Position numbers and translations under genes: made by a program. The notes below the pieces were generated by a model. It was not told the origin of the DNA. It ran no database searches and saw only the letters and a program-made list of their open reading frames with translations. A stretch of 64,000 bases of DNA from Clostridia bacterium. GTDB lineage: Bacteria; Bacillota; Clostridia; UMGS1883. The stretch lies in NCBI GenBank assembly GCA_017505525.1, contig JAFVPB010000002.1, forward strand, positions 13,100 to 77,099, given 5' to 3'. This document shows positions 1-9,688 of the stretch, piece by piece (position 1 is the stretch's first letter; the number at the start of each line of letters is the position of its first letter).

Positions 1-364
1 CTGAAAGCCCTATTCCAAAAATGGAGTCGAGCACTGCATCGAAAGATTCTGTTGGGAAGTCCACTTCATTTTTTATTGTAATTCCCTCGCGAAGTGCACG
101 ATTATAAAGTTCGATACACGCATCTCTTTCAGGCTCGTAAACTGCCACAATTTCAACCTTTACACCTTTTTTACTTAAAAGAATGGCAGTGGCATAACCG
201 TCACTGCCGTTATTTCCTTTTCCGCAATATATTCTTACGGAACTAAAATTTTTAAGGTGAGAGAAAAGTGTGCTCGCTGCCCTATCAATCAGATTCATTT
301 CCGAAACATTTTCCATAGCTTTTAATTCTGCTTCCCGAATCATTTTTTCAGACAAAAACAACAT
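1..364 (-). CDS. nnr: NAD(P)H-hydrate epimerase (YjeF N-terminal domain), N-terminal part; gene runs off the window edge
   Basis: Minus-strand ORF from ATG at 364 (RBS GAGGA 6 nt upstream) translates MLFLSEKMIREAELKAMENVSEMNLIDRAASTLF...IYCGKGNNGSDGYATAILL, with the YjeF_N GNNGGDG motif. Truncated at position 1; not in the ORF track because it is incomplete. Confidence 0.55.
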   Translation of the reverse strand, partial: MLFLSEKMIREAELKAMENVSEMNLIDRAASTLFSHLKNFSSVRIYCGKGNNGSDGYATAILLSKKGVKVEIVAVYEPERDACIELYNRALREGITIKNEVDFPTESFDAVLDSIFGIGLS

Positions 365-471
365 AACAAATCCTCTATTCGTAAATCGATATATTCCAGG
401 GGATAGGAGAAAATTTTCAGAACGGACAAACTTAGTCTTTTTGCGTTCTGGAGAATTTATACATCCCCTGA

Positions 472-981
472 TTAAAGGTGAATCTTTGAACGTGCATACT
501 TCTGCATCATTTCAAGCATTTCCTTTGGAGCTTCAAACTTTAAAAGCGTTCTTCCGTCTTTTTCCACTATTGCAAAATACACATCTACGCCTTTGCGTCC
601 ACTTGTAGCATCAATCTTTTTATCAAAGCTTCCCGAAAGCAAATTATTATATTGAGAATCATTTACGTTTGCTATAACCTCAATTTGTGCTGTATTAAAT
701 GTTAAAAGTCTTTTACGCTTTGATTTATTCATTATAACATCTATATCCATACAGTCTTCTGTGCAGATATATTCAAACTCTTTATTAAGCCTTGATGTAA
801 ACTGAAAAGCAATATATATAAATCCTACCAGAACAAGAAGTGCTATTCCACCTCCAAGAAACTTGAGGATATACGGATAAACCAAAACTCCTAAAATAGC
901 AGCAACTACGTATGCTGCTATTGTTATAGCAACACTTTTGGCTTCTGCTTTTCTTTTTATCATATATTCTTTAAATGCCAT
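472..981 (-). CDS. hypothetical membrane protein (2 TM helices plus a cytoplasmic domain; possibly a bacterial PH/YdbS-like fold)
   Basis: ORF track 169 aa. Hydrophobic segments AITIAAYVVAAILGVLVYPYIL and GGGIALLVLVGFIYIAF. No recognisable catalytic motif. Confidence 0.4.
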   Translation of the reverse strand: MAFKEYMIKRKAEAKSVAITIAAYVVAAILGVLVYPYILKFLGGGIALLVLVGFIYIAFQFTSRLNKEFEYICTEDCMDIDVIMNKSKRKRLLTFNTAQIEVIANVNDSQYNNLLSGSFDKKIDATSGRKGVDVYFAIVEKDGRTLLKFEAPKEMLEMMQKYARSKIHL

Positions 982-994
982 ATTCTTTCTTCCT

Positions 995-3361
995 TTACTG
1001 AATAATTATCGCCTCTGAAGAAGGTGTGCTTTCAACAGGGGGAGCAACATCAACAGGGGGAGCAACATCAACAGGGGGAGCAACATCCACAGGCGGAGGT
1101 GCAACATCTGTTGGCGGCGTGGTTTCGTTGGTATTTTCACTTGAAGTTTCGCCATCAGGATTGTTACCTTCCAGTGTAATTCCCTCGAGAAAGTCCTCAG
1201 TAAATATTGCCTCTTTTTCTTTTTCTTTTGCTTTCACTACAGGCGCACTACCGCTTTTCAAAATATTCTTATTGAATTTATATTCGTGTGTTGAGCAATG
1301 CTTTTTCGGAACATCCTTTTTGTCAAATTCCTTTGAAACAAGCCTTGTACAAGAAGGAGTTGCCCTAAGACCACTGTCGGCACAAACCATCATCGAAAGC
1401 TTATCCGCACTGTTATCTTCAAAGAACGCTCTTCTTTCAAGGTCCTTATGAACCTCCTGCATAACCTTTCTCCATGCAACAGCTGATGGGTTCGGAGAAA
1501 AACCGCGAAGTGAAGCGGGCTGATCATAGCCAAACCATACTGCACCTACATAATAAGGTGTAAAACCTACAAACCATCTGTCGTTGTTGTTTGATGTGGT
1601 ACCTGTTTTACCTGCAACCGGCATATTGGAAAGCCTTGCAGCCGTTCCCGTACCGCCATTAACCGCATTTGTAAGCATAGATACCATACTTCTTGCCGTA
1701 GTTTCGCTGATAGCTATCTGCGATTTGTTTTTATGATCAAGAACAATATTTCCCTCGCTGTCCTCAACGCGAGTATAAGTAGTTGGTTTTGTATAAACGC
1801 CTCCTGTTGGGAACGCACAGTATGCAGCACACATTTCAAGTACCGACACACCGTCTGTAAATCCACCAAGTGCAATAGCGGCAAGCCCCTTATCAGAAAG
1901 TGTTATTTTTCCATTATCTCTTCCCTCAACAAGGCTTGAGATATGATAATTGTTTTGTACAAAGTCGAACGAAGCTTCTGTTGTAAGATAATCACATATT
2001 TTAACGGCAGGAACGTTTCTTGAACCACGAAGTGCCGCTGCAACAGTAATTCTGCCTGCAAATCTTCTGTCATCGTTTCTTGGTGCCCACTTGCCGTATT
2101 TTACGGGTGCATCGTTTATTATTGAATTTGATTCCACAAGTCCGTATTCGATTGCCGGAGAATAAACCGACAAAGGCTTAATCGATGAACCAGGCTGACG
2201 CAGAGTTTGTGTAGCACGATTTAACACTCGGTTAGCTGTTTTCTCGCCTCTTCCTCCTATTAAAGCCTTTACCTCGCCCGTGTACGGATCCATAATTACC
2301 ATAGAAGACTGTGGCTGAACTTCCCTGCTTGCACGCTGGAATGTAGATGGGTCGTTAAACACTCTGTCAAGAATTTCCTGAATTCTTGTATCCATTGAAA
2401 GATATATTCTAAGACCACCGTTAAAGAGCACCTTTTCAGCATACTCCTTGCTGTAGCCATACTCTTCCATCAAATCAGCTATAACCTGTTCTATCGCTGC
2501 ATCTGTGAAGTAGCTCTGAACTTTCTCAGTTTCATTTGGGTCAGGTTTTTTTATTTTTATTTCTTCATCACGCGCAGTTTGGTATTCGTTCTTCGTTATA
2601 TAGCCAAGCTCATACATCTTCTTAAGAACAACCAACTGACGCTCGCGGTTATTTTCGGGATTTTTAATCGGATCAAACTTCGTGGGATACTTTGTAATAC
2701 TTGCTATTACAGCACACTCAGCCAGTGAAAGCTCTGAAACCTCTTTCCCAAAATAGGTGTGAGCTGCACTTGAAACACCATTACACTTTTGGCTTAAGTA
2801 GATAGTATTAAGATAGTATTCAAGAATTTCATCCTTTGAAAGCTCTTTTTCTAGATTATATGCTCTGTAGATTTCCTGAATTTTTCGTTTTACAGAGTAG
2901 TCGTCATCTTTTGTAAGATTCTTTATAAGCTGCTGTGTGATGGTACTTCCGCCATAGCTTGAATTACCTTTTGTCGACATATACTGCATTGCTGCACCAG
3001 TGAATCGCTTAATATCAAATCCGCTGTGCTTATAAAAACGCTCGTCCTCAATTGCAACAAAAGCATTTTTCATATGCTCGGGAATTTCACTTGCAGACAC
3101 CCAAACTCTGTTTTCAGTGTCATACAGCTGCTCAATCTCAATTTCCTCGCCTGTTTCGGAATCAACAACATAAACAAACGATGTAAGGTTAAGACGCATA
3201 TTATCCACATCTATCAGCTCTGTATCCTCCACATAGCCATAAAGCGAGCCGGCAACAAGACCTATCCCCGCAAGCAAAATAATACATATAGCTATGCCAA
3301 TGCCTAAAAGCACTTTTAAAAAGACTCTTTTGGCTCTTTTTTTAGATTTTTTCTTCTTCAT
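995..3361 (-). CDS. ponA: bifunctional penicillin-binding protein 1A (glycosyltransferase + transpeptidase) with a Pro-rich repetitive C-terminal tail
   Basis: Glycosyltransferase motifs EDERFYKHSGFD and ITQQL. Transpeptidase motifs SSIKP (SxxK) and KTGT. The track start at 3370 is GTG. The ATG at 3361 has GGAGGTG 7 nt upstream, so it was preferred. The C-terminus contains (PPVDVA)n. Confidence 0.85.
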   Translation of the reverse strand: MKKKKSKKRAKRVFLKVLLGIGIAICIILLAGIGLVAGSLYGYVEDTELIDVDNMRLNLTSFVYVVDSETGEEIEIEQLYDTENRVWVSASEIPEHMKNAFVAIEDERFYKHSGFDIKRFTGAAMQYMSTKGNSSYGGSTITQQLIKNLTKDDDYSVKRKIQEIYRAYNLEKELSKDEILEYYLNTIYLSQKCNGVSSAAHTYFGKEVSELSLAECAVIASITKYPTKFDPIKNPENNRERQLVVLKKMYELGYITKNEYQTARDEEIKIKKPDPNETEKVQSYFTDAAIEQVIADLMEEYGYSKEYAEKVLFNGGLRIYLSMDTRIQEILDRVFNDPSTFQRASREVQPQSSMVIMDPYTGEVKALIGGRGEKTANRVLNRATQTLRQPGSSIKPLSVYSPAIEYGLVESNSIINDAPVKYGKWAPRNDDRRFAGRITVAAALRGSRNVPAVKICDYLTTEASFDFVQNNYHISSLVEGRDNGKITLSDKGLAAIALGGFTDGVSVLEMCAAYCAFPTGGVYTKPTTYTRVEDSEGNIVLDHKNKSQIAISETTARSMVSMLTNAVNGGTGTAARLSNMPVAGKTGTTSNNNDRWFVGFTPYYVGAVWFGYDQPASLRGFSPNPSAVAWRKVMQEVHKDLERRAFFEDNSADKLSMMVCADSGLRATPSCTRLVSKEFDKKDVPKKHCSTHEYKFNKNILKSGSAPVVKAKEKEKEAIFTEDFLEGITLEGNNPDGETSSENTNETTPPTDVAPPPVDVAPPVDVAPPVDVAPPVESTPSSEAIIIQ
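1026..1110. repeat. tandem 18-nt repeat (ACAGGGGGAGCAACATCA x3-4) encoding the PPVDVA repeats of the PBP1A tail
   Basis: Direct reading: ggggagcaacatcaaca repeated head-to-tail, then degenerate copies. Confidence 0.8.
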
Positions 3362-3519
3362 TTTTGACACCTCCGAGACTAAAAATGTCCCTATACGGTT
3401 TGTATTGTATCATAAAACAATTAAAAAAGTGTTACATTTCTGATTTTATTTGAATATATCTGTATTTTACGGTTAAAACTATAAAAAATATACTTATTTT
3501 TCTGAATTAAGGTGGTAAG

Positions 3520-3870
3520 ATGAAAAAATCTACTTTTATTACAGCTTGTTTTATTATGGGATTTTCCGCATTTTCAGGAGCATTTTCGGGATATGTTAAA
3601 AGCAGAGCTTATCAAACTCTGGAAATTGTTCCTCCCTACTCTGCCAATCACATAAATTCTGAAAACACCACTGTTGGCTACGTCTGTAAAGAAAAAAACA
3701 ACAAAGTTGCCATCTACACTAAAATGAAAAATGGTGTTTTAAAGCTATACGGAGAATATAATGTTTTAGTTAATATGCTCCCGAAATACGATAGAGAGCT
3801 GCTGAAAAAAGGCATAGAATTTGATAATTTAAGCGACGCTTTAGTGCTGATAGAGAACTATTCGGGATAG
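3520..3870 (+). CDS. hypothetical secreted/lipoprotein-like protein (N-terminal signal peptide)
   Basis: 116 aa. N-terminus is MKKSTFITACFIMGFSAFSGAFSG. RBS aaggtgg precedes the ATG. Followed by a strong terminator. Confidence 0.5.
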   Translation: MKKSTFITACFIMGFSAFSGAFSGYVKSRAYQTLEIVPPYSANHINSENTTVGYVCKEKNNKVAIYTKMKNGVLKLYGEYNVLVNMLPKYDRELLKKGIEFDNLSDALVLIENYSG

Positions 3871-3912
3871 AAAAATGAGAAATTCGGAATGTGGAATGCG
3901 AAATGAAGGAAA

Positions 3913-3948
3913 ACACCTCGCAAGATTAACCTTGCGAGGTGTTTTTTG
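3913..3948 (+). terminator. rho-independent terminator (ACACCTCGCAAG-loop-CTTGCGAGGTGT + T6)
   Basis: Perfect 12-bp inverted repeat followed by TTTTTTG. Confidence 0.75.
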
Positions 3949-3959
3949 TTTGTATAAAT

Positions 3960-3988
3960 TTGTAGGGGACGGCCTCCCGGACGTCCCG
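3960..3988. repeat. GC-rich hairpin repeat, copy A (tTGTAGGGGACG-GCCTCCCGGA-CGTCCCG)
   Basis: Same family as 9649-9677 (inverted) and 60181-60208. Conserved GTAGGGG lead, 6-bp stem and ~10-nt loop. Confidence 0.7.
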
Positions 3989-4034
3989 TTTTGCGGGCTG
4001 TCGAATGAATCCTCCCACCGTCTTCGACGGTCCC

Positions 4035-4056
4035 CCCTCCTTTAGGCAAGGAGGGC
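4035..4056. repeat. GC-rich palindrome CCCTCCTT-TAGGC-AAGGAGGG (CCTCCC/GGGAGG hairpin class)
   Basis: Perfect inverted repeat. Related CCTCCC...GGGAGG palindromes occur at 39651-39673, 40078-40098, 59800-59822, 59895-59920 and 60233-60254. Confidence 0.6.
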
Positions 4057-4165
4057 GTATCCTCCCCTACGATTTAATGCACCGAAGATGAAATTTATAT
4101 TGTAGGGGATGGATTTATCCGTTGTGTAACGGAATGCATAAATGCATTTCCCACATAGCATTAAA

Positions 4166-4197
4166 CAAAAAGAGTGAGCAAAAAGCTCACTCTTTTT
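4166..4197 (-). terminator. terminator downstream of tuf (AAAGAGTGAGC-loop-GCTCACTCTTT), bidirectional
   Basis: 11-bp inverted repeat flanked by A/T runs on both sides. Confidence 0.7.
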
Positions 4198-4215
4198 AAT
4201 AAGTTAAATTATAAC

Positions 4216-5418
4216 TTACGCTTCGATAGAAGAAACAACGCCTGAACCTACTGTTCTACCGCCTTCACGGATAGCGAAACGAAGACCTTCTTCGATAGCG
4301 ATAGGTGTGATAAGTTCTACAGAGATTGTTACGTTATCTCCAGGCATACACATTTCTGTGCCTTCAGGAAGGCTGATAACACCTGTAACGTCTGTTGTTC
4401 TGAAATAGAACTGAGGACGGTAGTTGTTGAAGAAAGGTGTATGACGGCCACCTTCATCCTTGTTAAGAACGTAAACTTCGCCCTTGAACTTTGTGTGAGG
4501 ATGAATTGAACCGGGCTTTGCAAGAACCTGACCTCTTTCGATTTCAGTTCTCTGAACGCCACGGAGAAGAGCACCGATGTTGTCACCAGCTTCTGCCTGA
4601 GGAAGGAGCTTTCTGAACATTTCGATACCTGTTACAACAACCTTACGAGCTTCGTCTGTAAGACCAACGATTTCAACTTCGTCGTTAACAAGAAGTGTAC
4701 CTCTTTCAACACGGCCTGTAGCAACTGTACCACGACCTGTGATTGAGAATACGTCTTCTACAGGCATAAGGAATGGCTGATCTGTAGGACGCTGAGGAGT
4801 AGGAATGTACTCGTCAACTCTAGCCATAAGCTCAACGATAGGAGCATATTCAGGAGCGTTGATATCTGTAGATGTTGATTCAAGAACCTGAAGAGCGCTA
4901 CCGCAAACGATCGGGATGTCATCTCCCGGGAATTCGTATTCTGTGAGAAGGTCGCGGATTTCCATTTCAACGAGTTCGAGAAGTTCGTCATCGTCTACCT
5001 GGTCGCGCTTGTTCATGAATACTACGATATAGGGAACGCCAACCTGACGGCTGAGAAGGATATGCTCACGAGTCTGAGGCATAGGACCATCAGCTGCAGA
5101 TACAACGAGGATAGCACCGTCCATCTGAGCAGCACCTGTGATCATGTTCTTAACGTAGTCAGCATGTCCGGGGCAGTCAACGTGTGCGTAGTGACGTGAA
5201 TCTGTTTCGTACTCAACGTGTGCTGTTGAGATCGTGATTCCTCTTGCTTTTTCTTCAGGTGCCTTGTCGATCTGGTCGTAAGCTGTGAAGTCAGCCTGAC
5301 CCTTCATACCAAGAACCTTTGTGATTGCTGCGGTAAGAGATGTCTTACCATGGTCAACGTGACCGATTGTACCAATGTTAACGTGGGGCTTATTTCTTTC
5401 AAATGTAGCCTTTGCCAT
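4216..5418 (-). CDS. tuf: elongation factor Tu
   Basis: 400 aa. [26 protein letters not shown] and the full EF-Tu G-domain motifs. ATG with GGAGG RBS. Confidence 0.97.
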   Translation of the reverse strand: MAKATFERNKPHVNIGTIGHVDHGKTSLTAAITKVLGMKGQADFTAYDQIDKAPEEKARGITISTAHVEYETDSRHYAHVDCPGHADYVKNMITGAAQMDGAILVVSAADGPMPQTREHILLSRQVGVPYIVVFMNKRDQVDDDELLELVEMEIRDLLTEYEFPGDDIPIVCGSALQVLESTSTDINAPEYAPIVELMARVDEYIPTPQRPTDQPFLMPVEDVFSITGRGTVATGRVERGTLLVNDEVEIVGLTDEARKVVVTGIEMFRKLLPQAEAGDNIGALLRGVQRTEIERGQVLAKPGSIHPHTKFKGEVYVLNKDEGGRHTPFFNNYRPQFYFRTTDVTGVISLPEGTEMCMPGDNVTISVELITPIAIEEGLRFAIREGGRTVGSGVVSSIEA

Positions 5419-5506
5419 TGTAATTTCCTCCTTTATTTTGTGGATTTATTTGTAATTAATTATAATACAAGTTATTTAAAAAATCAACTGATTTTTTTGG
5501 ATTTTA

Positions 5507-7588
5507 TTATTCGCCCTTATTTCTAAGAGAGATAATCTCGTCCATAATGCTCTTAGGAACTTCCTCGTAGTGAGAGGGGCTCATAGAGTAGCTTGCACGA
5601 CCCTGTGTATTACTACGAAGGTCGGTAGCGTAACCAAACATTTCGCTGAGGGGAACATAAGCACCGATTGCCTGTGCACCATTTCTTGCTTCCATACCCT
5701 GAATCTGACCACGGCGTGAAGAAAGGTCGCCAATAACGTCGCCCATGTATTCCTCAGGAACACTTACGTCAACCTGCATGATGGGTTCCTTAAGCACAGG
5801 ATTAGCCTTTTTACAAGCTTCCTTGAATGCCATAGAACCGGCAATCTTGAACGCCATTTCAGATGAGTCGACTTCGTGGTATGAACCATCATAAAGTGTT
5901 ACTCTAACGTCAACTACGTTGTAACCTGCAAGCACACCGGACTGCATAGCACCCTGGATACCTGCATCAACTGCGGGGATGTATTCCTTAGGAATAGCAC
6001 CACCGACAATCTTGTTAACAAATTCGTAACCTGCGCCTGCTTCAAGGGGTTCAACAGTAATCTTAACATGACCGTACTGACCTTTACCACCACTCTGACG
6101 AGCGTACTTGTGATCCTGATCAACAGTCTTCGTAATTGTTTCACGATAAGATACCTGAGGCTTACCAACGTTAGCCTCTACCTTGAATTCACGAAGAAGA
6201 CGGTCAACGATGATTTCAAGGTGAAGCTCACCCATACCAGCGATAATTGTCTGACCTGTTTCTTCATCTGTGTATGTCTTGAAAGTGGGGTCTTCTTCTG
6301 CAAGCTTTGCAAGAGCAATACCCATCTTTTCCTGACCTGCCTTAGTCTTAGGCTCGATAGCTACGCGGATAACAGGTTCGGGGAATTCCATTGATTCAAG
6401 AATGATAGGTGCATTCTCGGCACAAAGAGTATCACCTGTACCTGTGTTCTTAAGACCAACTGCTGCAGCGATATCACCACTGTAAACAATGTCGATATCC
6501 TTACGAGAGTTAGCGTGCATCTGAAGGATACGACCAAGTCTTTCCTTAGAATCTCTTGAACTGTTAAGAACGTAAGAACCTGTTTCAACCTTACCTGAGT
6601 AAACTCTGAAGAAGCAAAGCTTACCAACGAATGGGTCTGTCATAACCTTGAATGCAAGGGCACTGAAAGGACCATTGTCGTCAGCGGGTCTTTCCTCTTC
6701 GGCTTCTGTGTTGGGGTTAATACCCTTAATAGCAGGAATGTCGAGAGGAGAAGGCATATAGTCAACAACTGCGTCGAGAAGCTTCTGAACGCCCTTGTTT
6801 CTATATGAAGTACCGCAGCATACAGGAATCATTGTTACGTTGATTGTAGCTGTACGGATACCTCTCTTGATTTCTTCGATAGTAAGTTCCTCACCTTCGA
6901 GGTACTTCATCATAAGTTCTTCGTCTGTTTCAGCAACATGCTCTACGAGTTCAGCTCTGTAAGCTTCTGCATCAGCAAGCATATCAGCAGGAATTTCTTC
7001 CTCGCGGATATCCTTACCAAGGTTATCGTAGTAAACATACGCTTTCATTTCAACAAGGTCGATAAGACCTTTGAAAGTATCTTCCTTACCGATAGGAAGC
7101 TGAATCGGAACGGCATTACACTGAAGACGTTCCTTCATCATTTTTACAACATTATAGAAATCCGCACCAAGGATGTCCATCTTATTTACATAAGCCATTC
7201 TGGGTACGTTATACTTATCTGCCTGTCTCCAAACAGTTTCACTCTGAGGCTCAACGCCGCCCTTAGCACAGAATACTGTAACACTACCATCAAGTACGCG
7301 GAGTGAACGTTCAACTTCAACTGTGAAGTCAACGTGACCGGGTGTGTCGATAATGTTGATTCTGTGTTCCTTCCAATGAGCTGTTGTAGCAGCAGAGGTA
7401 ATTGTGATACCTCTTTCCTGTTCCTGCTCCATCCAGTCCATTGTAGCGCTACCGTCATGAGTTTCACCGATCTTGTAGTTAACACCGGTGTAGAAAAGTA
7501 TTCTTTCTGTTGTTGTAGTCTTTCCGGCATCGATGTGAGCCATGATACCGATATTTCTGGTTTTCTGCAGTGAATATTCTCTACCCAT
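5507..7588 (-). CDS. fusA: elongation factor G
   Basis: 693 aa. [20 protein letters not shown] and the domain IV/V signatures. ATG with GGAGG RBS. Confidence 0.97.
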   Translation of the reverse strand: MGREYSLQKTRNIGIMAHIDAGKTTTTERILFYTGVNYKIGETHDGSATMDWMEQEQERGITITSAATTAHWKEHRINIIDTPGHVDFTVEVERSLRVLDGSVTVFCAKGGVEPQSETVWRQADKYNVPRMAYVNKMDILGADFYNVVKMMKERLQCNAVPIQLPIGKEDTFKGLIDLVEMKAYVYYDNLGKDIREEEIPADMLADAEAYRAELVEHVAETDEELMMKYLEGEELTIEEIKRGIRTATINVTMIPVCCGTSYRNKGVQKLLDAVVDYMPSPLDIPAIKGINPNTEAEEERPADDNGPFSALAFKVMTDPFVGKLCFFRVYSGKVETGSYVLNSSRDSKERLGRILQMHANSRKDIDIVYSGDIAAAVGLKNTGTGDTLCAENAPIILESMEFPEPVIRVAIEPKTKAGQEKMGIALAKLAEEDPTFKTYTDEETGQTIIAGMGELHLEIIVDRLLREFKVEANVGKPQVSYRETITKTVDQDHKYARQSGGKGQYGHVKITVEPLEAGAGYEFVNKIVGGAIPKEYIPAVDAGIQGAMQSGVLAGYNVVDVRVTLYDGSYHEVDSSEMAFKIAGSMAFKEACKKANPVLKEPIMQVDVSVPEEYMGDVIGDLSSRRGQIQGMEARNGAQAIGAYVPLSEMFGYATDLRSNTQGRASYSMSPSHYEEVPKSIMDEIISLRNKGE

Positions 7589-7624
7589 AATATCCTCCTT
7601 AAACTAAATAACAGAAAGTTACTA

Positions 7625-8095
7625 TTACCAACGATAGTGAGCAAACGCCTTGTTTGCTTCAGCCATCTTGTGAGTATCTTCTCTCTTCTTAACAGCTGAA
7701 CCAAGGTTGTTTGTAGCATCCATAATTTCTGCTGCAAGGCGTTCAGCCATTGTTCTCTCGCTGCGGGCTCTTGAGTAAGTTGTGAGCCAACGAAGACCGA
7801 GAGTCTGTCTTCTTTCGGGGCGAACCTCCATAGGAACCTGGTAAGTTGCACCACCAACACGTCTTGCCTTTACTTCAAGCACAGGCATGATGTTATCCAT
7901 TGCTTCGCGGAAAACTTCAACAGGTTCTTTACCTGTCTTTTCCTTAATGATTTCAAAAGCACCATACACAATCTTCTGTGCTGTACCCTTTTTACCATCG
8001 AGCATGATATTGTTTATAAGGCGAGTTACCACCTTATCATTGTATACCGGATCCGGTAATACGTCTCTTTTGGGAATAAAACCTCTTCTTGGCAC
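7625..8095 (-). CDS. rpsG: 30S ribosomal protein S7
   Basis: The track ORF is N-extended. Canonical S7 begins (M)[18 protein letters not shown] at the GTG at 8095, preceded by AAGGAGGG 6 nt upstream. Confidence 0.9.
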   Translation of the reverse strand: MPRRGFIPKRDVLPDPVYNDKVVTRLINNIMLDGKKGTAQKIVYGAFEIIKEKTGKEPVEVFREAMDNIMPVLEVKARRVGGATYQVPMEVRPERRQTLGLRWLTTYSRARSERTMAERLAAEIMDATNNLGSAVKKREDTHKMAEANKAFAHYRW

Positions 8096-8215
8096 TATTC
8101 TTCCCTCCTTCATTAAAATTTTGATGAATTCATAGGTACTCTGCGGCAATGCCGCCGTAAGTGCAACGACAAATATATATAAATCCGTACGTCACACTAG
8201 GTTTAGTACGGGATA

Positions 8216-8629
8216 TTACTTCTTGGGTCTCTTTGCACCGTACTTAGATCTTGACTGGAGTCTTCCGTTAACACCTGCAGTATCGAGTGTACCGCGGATA
8301 ATGTGGTAACGAACACCGGGCAAGTCCTTTACACGTCCGCCACGGATAAGAACAACGCTATGCTCCTGAAGGTTGTGACCTACACCGGGAATGTAGCTTG
8401 TTACTTCGATACCGTTTGAAAGTCTTACTCTGGCAATTTTACGAAGAGCTGAGTTAGGCTTTTTAGGAGTTTGCGTTTTAACGTTTGTGCAAACACCACG
8501 CTTCTGCGGCGAACTATGGTCAGTTGTGGCCTTCTTTAAAGAATTGAGAGTCTTCTGAAGTGCGGGTGCAGTTGACTTTGTAACAGCTGTTTCCCTACCC
8601 TTTCTGACAAGCTGGTTAAAGGTTGGCAT
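8216..8629 (-). CDS. rpsL: 30S ribosomal protein S12
   Basis: 137 aa. [13 protein letters not shown]...[20 protein letters not shown]. Confidence 0.97.
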   Translation of the reverse strand: MPTFNQLVRKGRETAVTKSTAPALQKTLNSLKKATTDHSSPQKRGVCTNVKTQTPKKPNSALRKIARVRLSNGIEVTSYIPGVGHNLQEHSVVLIRGGRVKDLPGVRYHIIRGTLDTAGVNGRLQSRSKYGAKRPKK

Positions 8630-8720
8630 GATTTCACCTCCAATAAAATTTTAGCAGCACCGGACAGTCTTTTCTGCACAAAAAGGCATAATAATCTACT
8701 ATCCAATATACCACTACCAT

Positions 8721-8749
8721 ACTATAACAAAAGAATTATGAAATGTCAA
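8721..8749 (-). promoter_or_regulatory. sigma-A-type promoter of the str operon (TTGACA-17-TATAGT)
   Basis: Minus strand: TTGACA at 8749-8744, 17-nt spacer, TATAGT at 8726-8721. Located ~90 nt upstream of rpsL. Confidence 0.6.
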
Positions 8750-8849
8750 GCATTTTTTGCGATTTATTTTACAGAGCACAAACGCAGGGCGTAACGACCT
8801 CGGGCACGCCACCCTCAGCTCGTATTTTTGAATCATTTTTCTGTTTCAA

Positions 8850-8890
8850 AGCAAAAAGAGATGTGAAACTTAGTTTTACATCTCTTTTTA
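8850..8890. terminator. bidirectional hairpin terminator between barstar and the rpsL promoter
   Basis: AAAAGAGATGTGAAAC-TTAG-TTTTACATCTCTTTTT, with T-runs on both strands. Confidence 0.6.
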
Positions 8891-8922
8891 ATAAAGGCGA
8901 ACAAATTGTTTACTGTGTTTGT

Positions 8923-9204
8923 TTAGCTTACTATCTCAAACTCAATGTTCGGGTTTTCAGAATGAACTTCATCAAAAATTTCAAAAATATTGTTCATATA
9001 TTCTTTAAGTTCACTTGGCAATTCATTAATTCCTTTTACAATTATTTTAGTTTTTTCAAAACTGTAGTATCTTAAGCAATCCCAAAGCGCTGATAAATTT
9101 TCTCCATAATAATCGGGGAAATCAAGTTGTTTCTTTAAAGCCTTATGTATTTCCCCTAAATATTTACATTCTGAAAAATTCAACTCAATAATTTCTTGCA
9201 CCAT
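8923..9204 (-). CDS. barstar-family ribonuclease inhibitor (immunity protein)
   Basis: 93 aa. The motif PDYYGENLSALWDCL matches barstar PEYYGENLDALWDCL. Its RBS GGAGGAG overlaps the stop codon of the upstream barnase-like gene. Confidence 0.8.
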   Translation of the reverse strand: MVQEIIELNFSECKYLGEIHKALKKQLDFPDYYGENLSALWDCLRYYSFEKTKIIVKGINELPSELKEYMNNIFEIFDEVHSENPNIEFEIVS

Positions 9205-9213
9205 TTTCTCCTC

Positions 9214-9531
9214 CTATACAACCTCGCAAAAAGTTTGATAATGATTATATGTCACAAATATCAATCCATCATTTGAAAATAAAAGTCGTGATTTATTACG
9301 ATATCCAGAAACATAATTTATATCTGCCTCGTACCAAACTCTACCTTCACTCTCAGGTAATCTGCCATCTTTATTTAAATATACCCCGCCAAAAAGCATA
9401 CAATCAGGAGCCACTTTACTCAAATTTCCAATTTTAGGATTCCACCCTTTAGTTTTTGCAATTTCATAATCAATATAATAATCAGGCAATGTCTTATAAT
9501 ATTTGATATACCAATCTTCCTTGCTCCCCAT
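9214..9531 (-). CDS. barnase-like guanyl-specific ribonuclease (microbial RNase N1/T1 superfamily) lacking a signal peptide
   Basis: 105 aa. YEADINYVSGYRNKSRLLFSNDGLIFVTYNHYQTF aligns to barnase READINYTSGFRNSDRILYSSDWLIYKTTDHYQTF. Catalytic Glu, both Arg, His and the N-terminal Lys (AKTKGW) are conserved. An in-frame stop lies 6 codons upstream of the ATG, so there is no N-terminal extension. Confidence 0.8.
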   Translation of the reverse strand: MGSKEDWYIKYYKTLPDYYIDYEIAKTKGWNPKIGNLSKVAPDCMLFGGVYLNKDGRLPESEGRVWYEADINYVSGYRNKSRLLFSNDGLIFVTYNHYQTFCEVV

Positions 9532-9648
9532 TATTGGTAGCGTTACCGGCTAAAACTGCTTTCATTTTAATAATCTCGCATCTGCAATTATTATGCAGCG
9601 GCGGAGAAGGTTTTTGTTTTTCAATATATTTTCATACGATATAGCTTA

Positions 9649-9677
9649 CGGGACGTCGGGGACGCCGTCCCCTACAG
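9649..9677. repeat. GC-rich hairpin repeat, copy B (inverted orientation: CGGGACG-TCGGGGACGC-CGTCCCCTACAG)
   Basis: Reverse complement is CTGTAGGGGACG-GCGTCCCCGA-CGTCCCG. See copies A and C. Confidence 0.7.
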
Positions 9678-9688
9678 TTAGATATGAT

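Noticed and set aside
3858-4049. 63-aa minus-strand ORF (MPKGGGTVEDGGRIHSTARKTGRPGGRPLQ…)
   Set aside because: It lies entirely within GC-rich palindromic repeats. The Gly/Arg/Pro-rich translation is what such repeats produce in any frame. No RBS.
4329-7860. Multiple 60-224-aa ORFs nested in or antisense to tuf and fusA (e.g. 4329-4586, 5914-6168, 7186-7860)
   Set aside because: Embedded in highly conserved, unambiguously coding genes on the same or opposite strand. Typical spurious frames of highly expressed genes.
8743-9075. 110-aa plus-strand ORF opposite the barstar gene and rpsL promoter region
   Set aside because: Antisense to a well-supported barstar CDS and overlapping the promoter/terminator. 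Low-complexity composition, no RBS.
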